A DNA stretch of 64,000 nucleotides from Clostridia bacterium (GTDB lineage Bacteria; Bacillota; Clostridia; Oscillospirales; Acutalibacteraceae): NCBI GenBank assembly GCA_017554405.1, contig JAFZIK010000016.1, forward strand, positions 2,699 to 66,698. The letters run 5' to 3'. Below are positions 1-8,494 of the stretch, piece after piece. The stretch's first letter is position 1. Each line of letters begins with the position of its first letter. The notes beneath the pieces were generated by a model. That model saw only the letters and a program-made list of their open reading frames with translations. It searched no databases and was not told the DNA's origin. The translations under genes and the position numbers were made by a program.

Positions 1-577
1 AAAAGGCGACGGTGGCGTTTACAAATTCCGCAGAAGCGAGCATCATTACGCCGCTCGAAACAGCGGTGGCGGGCGCGCCCGAAACGCTTACAATACCAAT
101 ATAAGCGGGGATGAACGCCAGCATAAAGGCACTGCAGCCCTTTATGGCGTTTACCGCCGAGCTGACAGAGGCAAATACGCTGTAAATAAACGCCGAGCAT
201 ACCGCCAGCGTTACCGCGAATTTAACGGCGGTATCCGCCTCTTCGCCATTGCCGAACGCCCGGACCGCCGCGGCGATGATTATTATACCCATCACCGCCG
301 ACCCCGCCTTGAGCGGTGCCTTTGCCCCGCTTTTTATAAACTTCCAGATATGCGAAAAAACGCCCTCTGCCGTAAGCGAGTTTATCCAGTTATAATCCGA
401 AGTATCGATGTTTTCTTCCCTTAAAAACTCCCGTGCCCCGTCGGTAAGGTAGTCTTCGGTTTTTTTGATACCGCTTTGCTCATATACGCCCGAATAGAGG
501 TCCTCTTCTGCAAAACAATATATCCTTATACAAACGAGGAGAGCAAAAGCGGTCAAGATCACAAAAAGTTTTTTCAT
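1..577 (-). CDS. spoIIIAE: Stage III sporulation protein AE (3' part lost at window edge)
   Basis: Not in the ORF track because it runs off the edge. My minus-strand translation from the ATG at 577 reads MKKLFVILTAFALLVCIRIYCFAEEDLYSGVYEQSGIKK...GAPATAVSSGVMMLASAEF. That is a signal/TM segment followed by Gly/Ala-rich membrane segments. The start overlaps the spoIIIAD stop (ATGA). Its position after AA-AB-AC-AD fits the operon order. Confidence 0.7.
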   Translation of the reverse strand, partial: MKKLFVILTAFALLVCIRIYCFAEEDLYSGVYEQSGIKKTEDYLTDGAREFLREENIDTSDYNWINSLTAEGVFSHIWKFIKSGAKAPLKAGSAVMGIIIIAAAVRAFGNGEEADTAVKFAVTLAVCSAFIYSVFASVSSAVNAIKGCSAFMLAFIPAYIGIVSVSGAPATAVSSGVMMLASAEFVNATVAF

Positions 578-969
578 ATACCCGCAAATTTAAGCGCCGT
601 TTCAAGCAGGTTCACCGCCGGCGGCACGCAGAGAACGAATATGGCGCATTTGCCCGCGAATTCCGCTTTGGCGGCAAGCGAGGACTGCCCGAAATCCCGG
701 CAGGTATCGGCGACAAAGGCGGTAAGATAGGATATCCCCAACGCCTTTAGCGCCACCTTAAAGCAGGAAGCCGCGCCGCCCGCCTTTTCAAAGGCGCTTT
801 TAAGATATGTAATATGCGGGTTTATCTGCTCGGCAAGCAGCAGCAAGACCGCCGCGCCGCAGGTGAGTGAAAGCAAAAACGCGTATTCGGGCTTATGCTG
901 ACCTATTGCCAGCGCCGCGCTTGCCGCCAGAAGCAGAACCGCCAGCACCTTTAAAAAGACCGCCGTCAT
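574..969 (-). CDS. spoIIIAD: Stage III sporulation protein AD
   Basis: A 131-aa small polytopic membrane protein in the conserved position between spoIIIAC and spoIIIAE. It overlaps both neighbours. Confidence 0.8.
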   Translation of the reverse strand: MTAVFLKVLAVLLLAASAALAIGQHKPEYAFLLSLTCGAAVLLLLAEQINPHITYLKSAFEKAGGAASCFKVALKALGISYLTAFVADTCRDFGQSSLAAKAEFAGKCAIFVLCVPPAVNLLETALKFAGI

Positions 970-1175
970 AACCCGAAGAGCCGCTTGATAGTCGAAAAGA
1001 GGTCGGCAATAGCGGTAACGACCATCAAAAGCACAACGATAAGCCCGGCAAGCGAGGTGAGCATCGCCTGATCCTCCCGCCCCGAACGTATAAGAAGCTG
1101 ATTAAGCACCGTAACTATTATGCCGATAGCGGCGATCTTGAAAATAAAGTTTACATCCACGCCAAAAATCTCCAA
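966..1175 (-). CDS. spoIIIAC: Stage III sporulation protein AC
   Basis: A 69-aa two-TM protein with the typical SpoIIIAC pattern (FKIAAIGIIVTVLNQLL..GREDQA). It sits in operon order. Confidence 0.85.
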   Translation of the reverse strand: MEIFGVDVNFIFKIAAIGIIVTVLNQLLIRSGREDQAMLTSLAGLIVVLLMVVTAIADLFSTIKRLFGL

Positions 1176-1634
1176 TTATAAAAGCATTATACCCGCGGCA
1201 AGCCCAAAGCAAACGCCGCCTGTCCGCCATATTTTGGCGGTGGCGCAGTAGTCGGCTTCCGCCTCCTCCGTAAACTCGCAAAGCCTTTGCGCCACCCGCT
1301 TTATCCGCCGCAGTTCGTGCTCGGTATCACCCTTGCCGAATTCGTTTAAAAAGCCGTTAAGAATATCGGCAAGCTCGGCGTTTAATGCCCTGTTTTCTAT
1401 GCGGATAACGCCGTTTGCCGCAAAAAAACCCTCGACTTTGCCGAACGAGCGGGAGAGAATATCGGCGCTGCTTGAAGCGCCCGCCAAAAGCAGTTCGCTT
1501 GCCGAATCAAGCGCGGCGGCAACGCTTTTCAGCCACTTTATATCCGTTTTTTTCGAGTATGCCTTTGCCGCCCCGAAAAGCGAAAATCCGATCACGACCG
1601 CGATTATACCGCCAAGCTTAACGACCTGTCCCAT
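1176..1634 (-). CDS. spoIIIAB: Stage III sporulation protein AB
   Basis: A 152-aa protein with N- and C-terminal TM segments flanking a soluble helical domain. It lies between spoIIIAA and spoIIIAC. Confidence 0.7.
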   Translation of the reverse strand: MGQVVKLGGIIAVVIGFSLFGAAKAYSKKTDIKWLKSVAAALDSASELLLAGASSSADILSRSFGKVEGFFAANGVIRIENRALNAELADILNGFLNEFGKGDTEHELRRIKRVAQRLCEFTEEAEADYCATAKIWRTGGVCFGLAAGIMLL

Positions 1635-2526
1635 GCTTTACCTCTTCTGTATCAAAAGTTCTGACAGGGTCACCGGGGTTTTTGCCCATAACGGCAACCG
1701 TTTTTAAAATCCCGCTGTTTATCAGTCTGTCGGTCACGGGTCTTTCCGTTAATTCCGTAAGGTTTCCGGCGTGCGCCGTTGTTATTATAAAAACGCCCGA
1801 ATTAAACGCTTCTAAAATGCTGTTTATTTCCGCTTCGGTGCCTATCTCATCAAAGGCGATCACCTGGGGGAACATGGTCCTCAGCGCCATTTCGGCGCCC
1901 TTCGCCTTATCGGCTAAAAACAGAATATCCGTATTTACCCCAAGGTCAAAGGCATACTCCCCCGCTCCGCCGGACAGCTCCCGCCGGCTATCGATCACCG
2001 CTATCCGCTTACCGCGGTTTGAAAGGGTTTTTATAAGATCGCGAAGCACGGTGGTCTTGCCGCAACCCGGCGGACCGGTTATGAGCATACCGCCGCAAAA
2101 GATATCGGGCAGCCTGCCGCAGGCGCCGCAAATATCACGCGCAACGCGGATATTAAGCGCGGTCACATCGCTAAGCGAACCGGATGAAAAATCGCCGCAG
2201 ACCCCCGCGCGAAAGCCGCCCTTTACCGATATATAGCCGTTTTTTATCTCTTCCGTATGCGCAAAAACCGAGTTTTCGCAAAGCTTCATAAATGCCTTTT
2301 CGATGAGGTCTTTATCGCATATAAACGGGTGCTCGGGCAGAAAATTAACCGCGCCGTTTTCGGATAAATAAAAGGATTTTCCGCCCACCGTTACCATAAC
2401 CGGGCCGTTTTTTCTAAGGCGTATCTCGTCTATCGCCGCCCCGGCGCGCACGGGCACCGCCGCCGCCGCGCGGACCTTATCCGGCAGCAGCGAAAGCATA
2501 TAAGAAAAACGCGCGTTTTCGGTCAT
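1618..2526 (-). CDS. spoIIIAA: Stage III sporulation protein AA (AAA+ ATPase)
   Basis: Contains a Walker A motif (GPPGCGKTT) and a Walker B-like motif (VIAFDEIG). The track ORF starts at GTG 2574. I prefer ATG 2526 (MTENARF), which is preceded by the strong RBS AAGGTGGGA. Confidence 0.85.
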   Translation of the reverse strand: MTENARFSYMLSLLPDKVRAAAAVPVRAGAAIDEIRLRKNGPVMVTVGGKSFYLSENGAVNFLPEHPFICDKDLIEKAFMKLCENSVFAHTEEIKNGYISVKGGFRAGVCGDFSSGSLSDVTALNIRVARDICGACGRLPDIFCGGMLITGPPGCGKTTVLRDLIKTLSNRGKRIAVIDSRRELSGGAGEYAFDLGVNTDILFLADKAKGAEMALRTMFPQVIAFDEIGTEAEINSILEAFNSGVFIITTAHAGNLTELTERPVTDRLINSGILKTVAVMGKNPGDPVRTFDTEEVKHGTGR

Positions 2527-2618
2527 TCTATCCCACCTTGTCTTTCCTATAAATCTTATGAACGGCAAGTCCACTTTTAGAACATAATGTTTTTAAAAGA
2601 GCCGAAGCAAATCCGCGC

Positions 2619-2647
2619 TTGACCGCGGCCGCTTCGGCTGGTATAAT
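2619..2647 (+). promoter_or_regulatory. Sigma-A-type promoter for the 2689 ORF
   Basis: TTGACC (2619-2624), a 17-nt spacer, then TATAAT (2642-2647), 42 nt upstream of the ATG. The -35 box is bracketed by a 9-bp inverted repeat, AGCCGAAGC (2600-2608) and GCTTCGGCT (2631-2639). Confidence 0.5.
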
Positions 2648-2688
2648 CTTTAAAACCGGAAAATCCGTAAAAAAAAGGATGTGATCAT

Positions 2689-3057
2689 ATGATCGATGAA
2701 AAAAAGACGAAGGAAGCCATAAGGCAGCTTATGAATTCTTATGCTGATTACGCCGAAAAAGGCATAAAGGAGGATGACTCCACCGCCATATCGGGCGCAG
2801 GCAAAATCGAGGGGACGGATAATTTTTTCAAGCTTTCTTTTGTCCATATAAGCGGCGACCCGGCGGGTGTGAGAACGCTTATGCTTAAGGTGATAAGGCA
2901 GAACACCGACCGCGAATATTCCCAGTTTGATTTTAAGGGCACAAGCGAGGAGATCATCGAGTATATAAGAAAGCCCGTTTACAGTTGCGATGATTTTTAT
3001 AACCGCATTAAAAGAATGTCGGATAAATGCGATGATTACTGGGAGGAAAACGGATAA
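2689..3057 (+). CDS. Hypothetical acidic 122-aa protein
   Basis: ATG preceded by the RBS AAGGATG. The region has its own promoter and coding-like composition. I recognise no family motif. Confidence 0.55.
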   Translation: MIDEKKTKEAIRQLMNSYADYAEKGIKEDDSTAISGAGKIEGTDNFFKLSFVHISGDPAGVRTLMLKVIRQNTDREYSQFDFKGTSEEIIEYIRKPVYSCDDFYNRIKRMSDKCDDYWEENG

Positions 3058-3060
3058 GAT

Positions 3061-3093
3061 TAGACGTCAGACGTTAGATTGTAGACGCCAGAT
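3061..3093. repeat. Five in-phase heptad repeats of YAGAY
   Basis: TAGAC 3061, CAGAC 3068, TAGAT 3075, TAGAC 3082, CAGAT 3089. The period is exactly 7 nt, and the array starts 4 nt after the TAA stop of the 2689 ORF. Confidence 0.8.
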
Positions 3094-3237
3094 AATATGA
3101 AATGTGCTTCGCACGTGAAATGCCTTCGGCGTGAATTGACGTAAACGTCATGAATTGCCTTGCGGCATTAAGGTGCGGCAAAGCCGCGGATATAAAATAC
3201 GGCGGCGGGATTTTCCCGCCGCCGCTCATATTATCTG
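3089..3237. other. Structured intergenic element: a hairpin array closed by a 12-bp long-range inverted repeat
   Basis: CAGATAATATGA (3089-3100) is the perfect reverse complement of TCATATTATCTG (3226-3237). Between them lie the mini-hairpins GTGC-TTCG-GCAC (3104-3114), GCC-TTCG-GC (3122-3130), GACG-TAAA-CGTC (3138-3149), GCC-TTGC-GGC (3157-3166), GCGGC-AAA-GCCGC (3175-3187) and GGCGGCGGG-ATTTT-CCCGCCGCC (3201-3223). The first four are each preceded by RTGAAWT (3098, 3116, 3132, 3151). Confidence 0.6.
3201..3223 (-). terminator. GC-rich hairpin, probable yebC terminator
   Basis: A 9-bp all-G/C stem. On the minus strand it is followed by GTATTTTAT. A second hairpin, GGGCGATT-CGTG-AATCGCCC (3249-3268), sits directly after the yebC stop but has no U-run. 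Confidence 0.4.
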
Positions 3238-3277
3238 ATATCTGATCCGGGCGATTCGTGAATCGCCCCTACGTGGA

Positions 3278-4000
3278 TCATTCGTCCGCCAGGTTATGCC
3301 ATACGTTCTGAACGTCATCGTTATCATCGAGCATATCGAGGAGTTTTTCCATTTTCTCCGCCGCTTCGCCCTCAAGGGTGGTGGTGGTCTTCGGCACATA
3401 CTGCACCTCGGCGGTCAAAAACTCATAGCCCTTTGCCTCGAGCGCATCGCGCACGGCGCCTAAATCGTTGGGCGCGGTGGATATCTCGAACACGTCGCCG
3501 TCATAATTAAAATCATCGGCGCCGGCTTCGAGGGCTTCCTCCATAACGGTATCCTCATCCTTGCCCTCGCCTTCTATTTCGATTATGCCCTTGCGGTCAA
3601 ACATAAACATTACCGAGCCGGACTGACCCAGATTGCCGCCGCATTTATCGAAATAATGGCGGATATCGCCCGCCGTGCGGTTGCGGTTATCGGTAAGGGT
3701 CTCAACAACTACCGCCACGCCGCTCGGACCGTAGCCCTCGTAGACAAGCTCTTCATAATCGTTGCCGCCGGCTTCGCCCGCCGCTTTGCTTATGATACGC
3801 TCGATATTATCGTTGGGCACGTTTGCCGCTTTTGCCTTAGCTATTGCATCCTTAAGCTTACTGTTTTCAGCCGGGTTCGGACCGCCCTGTTTAACTATTA
3901 CCGATATCTCCCTGCCTATCTTTGTAAAGACCTTTGCCCTTGCGGCATCGGTTTTTTCTTTTTTGCGCTTGATATTGTTCCACTTGGAATGTCCTGACAT
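3278..4000 (-). CDS. yebC: YebC/PmpR family DNA-binding transcriptional regulator
   Basis: The N-terminus MSGHSKWNNIKRKK is the family signature. The ATG at 4000 follows the RBS AAAGGA. The track start at 4009 is a TTG extension. Confidence 0.9.
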   Translation of the reverse strand: MSGHSKWNNIKRKKEKTDAARAKVFTKIGREISVIVKQGGPNPAENSKLKDAIAKAKAANVPNDNIERIISKAAGEAGGNDYEELVYEGYGPSGVAVVVETLTDNRNRTAGDIRHYFDKCGGNLGQSGSVMFMFDRKGIIEIEGEGKDEDTVMEEALEAGADDFNYDGDVFEISTAPNDLGAVRDALEAKGYEFLTAEVQYVPKTTTTLEGEAAEKMEKLLDMLDDNDDVQNVWHNLADE

Positions 4001-4037
4001 AATTATCAATCCTTTAGGCTTTTATTAAATGATTTTA

Positions 4038-5003
4038 TCACATATCCGGGTTTTGTTCAAGGGCTTTTTCTATTATTTTATCGACGTCCGCGAGAGACTT
4101 TATGCCGCAAGCCATTCGCCTGAGCTCCGCCGCGCCGGAAAGCCCGGTCATATACCACGCAACGTGCTTCCTGGCTTCGAGCATGGCGATATAAGGATCC
4201 TTATAAGAGAGCATTTTTTCTATCTGCAAAAGGCAGGTATCAAGCCGCTCTTTAAGCTTAGGCGGCGTATACTTTTTGCCCTCCATATACGCGTTTATCT
4301 CACTGAAAACAAATGGATTGCCCCTTGCGGCTCTGCCCACCGCCACAAAATCACAGCCGGTATTATCATACATATTTTTTGCCGAAATACCGGAGTTTAT
4401 ATCGCCGTTTGCTATGATCGGGATACCAACCGCCGCTTTAACGGCGGCTATCGTTTTGATATCCACCGGCGGGGCATACATCTGATCGCGGGTCCTGCCG
4501 TGGACCGTTATCGCCGCCGCGCCCGCCTGCTCCGCCGCCTTTGCGAGCTCTACGGCGGTTATATGCGCGCTATCCCAGCCGGTGCGGATCTTTACCGTTA
4601 CGGGCAGGCGGACGGCATCCGCTACAGCCCTTATTATCCTTGCGGCAAGCGGGATATCGCGAAGCAGGGCGCTGCCCCCGCCGTTGCCGGCTACCTTCGG
4701 CGCCGGACAACCCATATTTATATCGATAAAAGACGGCGAGTATTCCTCCGCCTTTTGCGCCGCGCGCGCCATTATACCCGGATCAGAGCCGAAAAGCTGA
4801 GGCGCCCAGATCCTGCCGCCAACGCTCTTTAAAAGGGCTTTCGACTTATCGTCGCCGAGCACTACCGCCTTGGCGCTCGTAAGCTCGCCGACCGTAAAAG
4901 CGGCGCCGAGGTCTACACATATCTCCCGCATTGCCCTATCCGAAACACCCGCCATAGGGGCTAAAGCGGCGTAACCTTCAATAATCACGTTTCCTATTTT
5001 CAT
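4038..5003 (-). CDS. dus: tRNA-dihydrouridine synthase
   Basis: Dus family motifs are present: LAPMAGVSD, DINMGCP and a TIM-barrel FMN site (GRTR). Confidence 0.85.
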   Translation of the reverse strand: MKIGNVIIEGYAALAPMAGVSDRAMREICVDLGAAFTVGELTSAKAVVLGDDKSKALLKSVGGRIWAPQLFGSDPGIMARAAQKAEEYSPSFIDINMGCPAPKVAGNGGGSALLRDIPLAARIIRAVADAVRLPVTVKIRTGWDSAHITAVELAKAAEQAGAAAITVHGRTRDQMYAPPVDIKTIAAVKAAVGIPIIANGDINSGISAKNMYDNTGCDFVAVGRAARGNPFVFSEINAYMEGKKYTPPKLKERLDTCLLQIEKMLSYKDPYIAMLEARKHVAWYMTGLSGAAELRRMACGIKSLADVDKIIEKALEQNPDM

Positions 5004-5012
5004 AGCATAAAA

Positions 5013-5041
5013 ATTATAACCAAAAATAAAAACTATGTCAA
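5013..5041 (-). promoter_or_regulatory. Sigma-A promoter for dus-yebC
   Basis: On the minus strand: TTGACA (5041-5036), a 17-nt spacer, then TATAAT (5018-5013). Only 9 nt separate the -10 box from the dus ATG (5003), and there is no SD sequence. Confidence 0.55.
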
Positions 5042-5064
5042 TTTAAAAAAATGTGAAAATTATA

Positions 5065-5093
5065 GTGACAAACGCGAAAAAAAATGTTATTAT
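5065..5093 (+). promoter_or_regulatory. Sigma-A promoter for polA
   Basis: GTGACA (5065-5070), a 17-nt spacer, then an extended -10, TGtTATTAT (5085-5093). It is divergent from the dus promoter. Confidence 0.45.
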
Positions 5094-5135
5094 AAATATA
5101 ACTGTATTCTTTTATGCGATTCCGGGGTGAAAAGT

Positions 5136-7631
5136 ATGAAATTATTGGCGGTGGACGGCAACAGCATAATCAACCGCGCCTTCTACGGAATAAAACTTTT
5201 ATCCACCAAAAACGGGCAGTATACAAACGCGGTATACGGCTTTATAAACATACTTTTAAAGCTTATCGAGGATCAGAAGCCCGACGGCGTTGCCGTTGCC
5301 TTTGATCTTAAAGCCCCCACCTTCCGCCACAGGATGTATGCCGAATACAAGGCGGGCAGGCGCCCTATGCCGGAAGAACTTAAAGGGCAGTTTCCGATAA
5401 TCAAGGAATGGATAACCCTTGCCGGTTACAACTTTATAGAATGCGAGGGTTTTGAGGCGGACGATATTTTAGGCACACTTGCCGCAAAGGCGGAAAGCGA
5501 CGAGAACGAATGCGTTATCGCCACCGGCGACCGCGATTCGCTCCAGCTTGTAAGCGATAACACCCACGTGCTTCTGACCGTTACCCGTATGGGACAAAAC
5601 GAGATAACCGATTACACCCCGCAAAAGTTGTTTGAGCGCTACTCGCTTACTCCGCCGCAGATGATAGAACTTAAAGCTCTTATGGGCGACAGTTCGGACA
5701 ACATCCCGGGCGTTGCCGGCATAGGCGAAAAAACCGCGACCGACCTTATATGCCGTTTTGAAAACATCGACAATATTTTCGGTAATCTTGATACGCTCGA
5801 TATAAAGGACAGCGTGCGCGCCAAGCTCGCCGCCGGCAGGGATTCCGCATATTTAAGCCGGGAGCTTGGCACCATTTGCAAGACCGCGCCGATAAACACC
5901 GATTTTGAATACTACCGCACAAGGACTGCCGACGCCGCCGGACTGTCCGCACTTATGACCGAGCTTGAGCTTTTCAAGCTTATGGAGCGTATGGGCATAA
6001 AACCGGGCGCCATACCCGTGAAAAAAACGACCGCAAGCGACCTTGCCGCCTTTACCGAAGGCACCGCCGCCGATATAAAGGGAACGGCAGATATTTGCCC
6101 CGAAGCCGGCGCCGCGGTATCGGGCAAAAAGATAATACCGCTGAGCGAAGCCGAAATCAAGGCGATACTTGAAGACGAAAGCATAAAAAAGCGGGTCTAC
6201 GGCAGCAAGAGCATTTACAAAAAATACCCCGCCGCAAGATCGGTGGAGTTTGACGCGCTGCTTGCCGCGTATCTTTTGAATCCCGCTTCAAACGATTATT
6301 CGCCCGAGCGCCTTTTTGCCGAATACGGCATAGAATATGACGGCTCCGATACCGCCGCGGCGTTTTCCCGCCTTTGCGACAAGCTTTCGGCGTTGCTTGA
6401 CGAAAGCGGCGAGACCGGGCTTTTAAGAGATATTGAGATACCGCTTGCCCGCGTGCTTGCCGAAATGGAAAAGGTCGGCTTTTTAGTGGACGCCGAGGGC
6501 ATAAAGAATTACTCGGCAGAGCTTGACGGTCGGATAGAAGAGCTTACCCGCGATATATACGCGCTGGCGCAGACCGAGTTTAACATAAACTCGCCCAAAC
6601 AGCTTGGCGAAGTGCTGTTTGTTAAGCTCGGTATACCCTCAAAAAAGAAAACCAAGAGCGGTTTTTCCACAAACGCGGACGTGCTCGAGGAACTCCGATA
6701 CGATTACCCGATAGTTGACCTGATATTGAAATACCGCCGCCTGGCGAAATTAAAATCCACCTACTGCGAGGGTCTGCTTTCCGCCATCGGCAAAGACGGA
6801 CGGATACATTCCACCTTTAACCAGACCGAGGCGCGCACCGGCAGGATAAGCTCGCTTGAGCCGAATCTACAGAATATCCCGGTCCGCACCGAGGAGGGCA
6901 AGCGTTTCCGCGAATTCTTTGTTGCAAAGGAAGGTTACGTGCTTTGCGACGCCGATTATTCGCAGATAGAACTGCGGGTGCTCGCCTCGCTATCGAACGA
7001 CCCCGTGATGATAGACGCCTTCGACCGCGGCGTTGATATACACACGGTCACGGCTTCTGAAGTGTTCGGAATACCCGAAGATATGGTTTTACCGATAATG
7101 CGAAGCAGAGCAAAGGCGGTAAACTTCGGGATAGTTTACGGCATAGGCGCCTTTTCGCTTGCAAAGGATATCGGCGTTTCCCGCGCGGAAGCAAGCCGCT
7201 ATATAACGAATTATCTTAACACATACAAGGGCGTTTCCTCCTATATGGAAAACGCTATACACGAAGCCAAACTGAACGGTTACGTTACCACCGCCTTCGG
7301 GCGCAGGCGCTACCTGCCCGAGCTTTCCTCATCAAACGGGATGCTAAGGGCGTTTGGCGAGCGCGTTGCGAGAAACGCGCCGATACAGGGCACGGCGGCG
7401 GATATAATAAAGATAGCGATGATAAAGGTGCAAAACCGCCTTGAAAAGGAATATCCGGACGCGCGCCTGATCCTTCAGGTCCACGATGAACTGATAATAG
7501 AATGCAAAGCCGCTAACGCCGCCGCGGTTTGCGCTTTGCTCGAAGAGGAAATGGAAAACGCGGCGAAGCTAAAGGTCCGGCTCTCCGTGGAAGCGCACTC
7601 CGGGCGCACCTGGCTTGAGGCAAAAGGATAA
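5136..7631 (+). CDS. polA: DNA polymerase I
   Basis: Has a 5'-nuclease domain (LLAVDGNS, GDRDSLQL), a vestigial central domain and Pol A motifs (DYSQIELR, RSRAKAVNFGIVYG, QVHDEL). I prefer ATG 5136 after the RBS GGGGTGA over GTG 5127. Confidence 0.95.
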   Translation: MKLLAVDGNSIINRAFYGIKLLSTKNGQYTNAVYGFINILLKLIEDQKPDGVAVAFDLKAPTFRHRMYAEYKAGRRPMPEELKGQFPIIKEWITLAGYNFIECEGFEADDILGTLAAKAESDENECVIATGDRDSLQLVSDNTHVLLTVTRMGQNEITDYTPQKLFERYSLTPPQMIELKALMGDSSDNIPGVAGIGEKTATDLICRFENIDNIFGNLDTLDIKDSVRAKLAAGRDSAYLSRELGTICKTAPINTDFEYYRTRTADAAGLSALMTELELFKLMERMGIKPGAIPVKKTTASDLAAFTEGTAADIKGTADICPEAGAAVSGKKIIPLSEAEIKAILEDESIKKRVYGSKSIYKKYPAARSVEFDALLAAYLLNPASNDYSPERLFAEYGIEYDGSDTAAAFSRLCDKLSALLDESGETGLLRDIEIPLARVLAEMEKVGFLVDAEGIKNYSAELDGRIEELTRDIYALAQTEFNINSPKQLGEVLFVKLGIPSKKKTKSGFSTNADVLEELRYDYPIVDLILKYRRLAKLKSTYCEGLLSAIGKDGRIHSTFNQTEARTGRISSLEPNLQNIPVRTEEGKRFREFFVAKEGYVLCDADYSQIELRVLASLSNDPVMIDAFDRGVDIHTVTASEVFGIPEDMVLPIMRSRAKAVNFGIVYGIGAFSLAKDIGVSRAEASRYITNYLNTYKGVSSYMENAIHEAKLNGYVTTAFGRRRYLPELSSSNGMLRAFGERVARNAPIQGTAADIIKIAMIKVQNRLEKEYPDARLILQVHDELIIECKAANAAAVCALLEEEMENAAKLKVRLSVEAHSGRTWLEAKG

Positions 7632-8494
7632 TGGATATACTCTTTGTTTGTTCGGGCAACACCTGCCGCTCGCCTATGGCGGAAGGATATTTAAACTCAA
7701 AAAACATTAGCGGTCTTACCGCAAAAAGCTGCGGCTTTATGGGCGCGGGCGAACCCGCCACGCCCGAGGCGGTCGCCGCTATGCGGGAGATAGATATAGA
7801 TATTTCGGCTCACAGGTCGGCTACCGTTTCAAGGGAGCTTATCGCCGCGGACAAAATATACTGCATGGGCGACTCTCACAGGCAGGCACTTATCGCCGCC
7901 GGAGTGGAAAACGATAAGGTTTTTGTGCTGGGCGGCGGGATAAGCGACCCGTTCGGGCACGGCATCGCGGTTTACCGCATTTGCCGCGATCAGATAATAA
8001 ACGCGATAAACTGCGCGCTTTACGGCGGTATGATACTGCCCTTCGGGGTGATCCCGGCAAGCGGTGAAGACGCGGAAGATATCGCCGCCATAGAGAAAGA
8101 ATCTTTTTCCTCACCCTGGAGCGAAAACGCCGTGCGCGAGGCAATGGAGCATAAAACGGTGTTTTTCAAGGCAGTATCCGGCGATCGGGCGGTGGGTCAT
8201 ATAGGCGTTACCGCGGTTGCGGGCGAAGGTTATATAAACAATCTGGCTGTCCTGCCCGATTTTAAGAGGCAGGGCGTAGGGTCGCTGCTTTTAGACCGCG
8301 CTATCACCTTTTCAAGAGAATCCCGGCTCGAGTTTTTATCGCTCGAAGTGCGGAAATCCAACGAAGCGGCTATCGCCCTTTATAAAAAACTCGGTTTTGA
8401 GACCGCGGGCGAGCGGAAGGATTTTTACGATGACCCGAAAGAAAACGGAATTATTATGACGAGATGGTTTTGCTATGCTGATCCTATCAATTGA
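7631..8494 (+). CDS. Fusion protein: low-molecular-weight phosphatase domain plus RimI-type GNAT N-acetyltransferase
   Basis: The N-terminal part has the CX5R(S) P-loop (VCSGNTCRSPMAEG) and the DP acid loop (ISDPFG). The C-terminal ~140 aa is GNAT (NLAVLPDFKRQGVGSLLL, ALYKKLGF). The start overlaps the polA stop (TAATG). Confidence 0.8.
   Translation: MDILFVCSGNTCRSPMAEGYLNSKNISGLTAKSCGFMGAGEPATPEAVAAMREIDIDISAHRSATVSRELIAADKIYCMGDSHRQALIAAGVENDKVFVLGGGISDPFGHGIAVYRICRDQIINAINCALYGGMILPFGVIPASGEDAEDIAAIEKESFSSPWSENAVREAMEHKTVFFKAVSGDRAVGHIGVTAVAGEGYINNLAVLPDFKRQGVGSLLLDRAITFSRESRLEFLSLEVRKSNEAAIALYKKLGFETAGERKDFYDDPKENGIIMTRWFCYADPIN

Noticed and set aside
2527-2618. A sporulation (sigma-E or sigma-G) promoter upstream of spoIIIAA. 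The candidate -10 box is CATAAGAT at about 2548-2555.
   Set aside because: I could not find a matching -35 element at the required 14-nt (sigma-E) or 17-18-nt (sigma-G) spacing, so the call is not supportable from sequence alone.
2600-2639. A 9-bp inverted repeat (AGCCGAAGC and GCTTCGGCT) bracketing the -35 box of the 2689 promoter, considered as an operator.
   Set aside because: It is plausible, but there is no regulator gene or second copy in the window to support it. It could equally be a chance GC-rich palindrome containing a NotI-like GCGGCCGC core. It is mentioned in the promoter evidence only.
3097-3240. Two mini-ORFs inside the hairpin array: MKCASHVKCLRRELT at 3097-3144 and a 31-codon ORF starting at ATG 3150. 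Both begin MxC and have a second Cys at position 9.
   Set aside because: There is no RBS before either ATG. The shared Cys pattern is a by-product of the repeated RTGAAWTG-hairpin DNA motif. An RNA or structural explanation is more economical.
4029-4832. Long ORFs antisense to, or out of frame with, confidently identified genes. Examples: 4029-4832 +, 10272-10997 -, 14847-15497 -, 18002-18541 -, 18620-19219 -, 27792-28706 +, 30313-31014 +, 33364-34026 +, 34032-34688 -, 36594-37286 +, 42586-43083 -, 44708-45160 -, 63610-63951 -.
   Set aside because: Each lies inside a gene with clear family motifs on the other strand or frame. Their products are Arg/Gly/Ala/Pro-rich or low-complexity, as expected for shadow ORFs in GC-rich DNA. 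None has an RBS or a recognisable motif.
6000-6500. The central domain of polA lacks obvious 3'-5' exonuclease Exo I/II/III acidic motifs.
   Set aside because: A vestigial, inactive proofreading domain is the normal state for many Firmicute Pol I enzymes (for example the Bst type), so this is not unusual. I also cannot verify the motif absence rigorously without an alignment.
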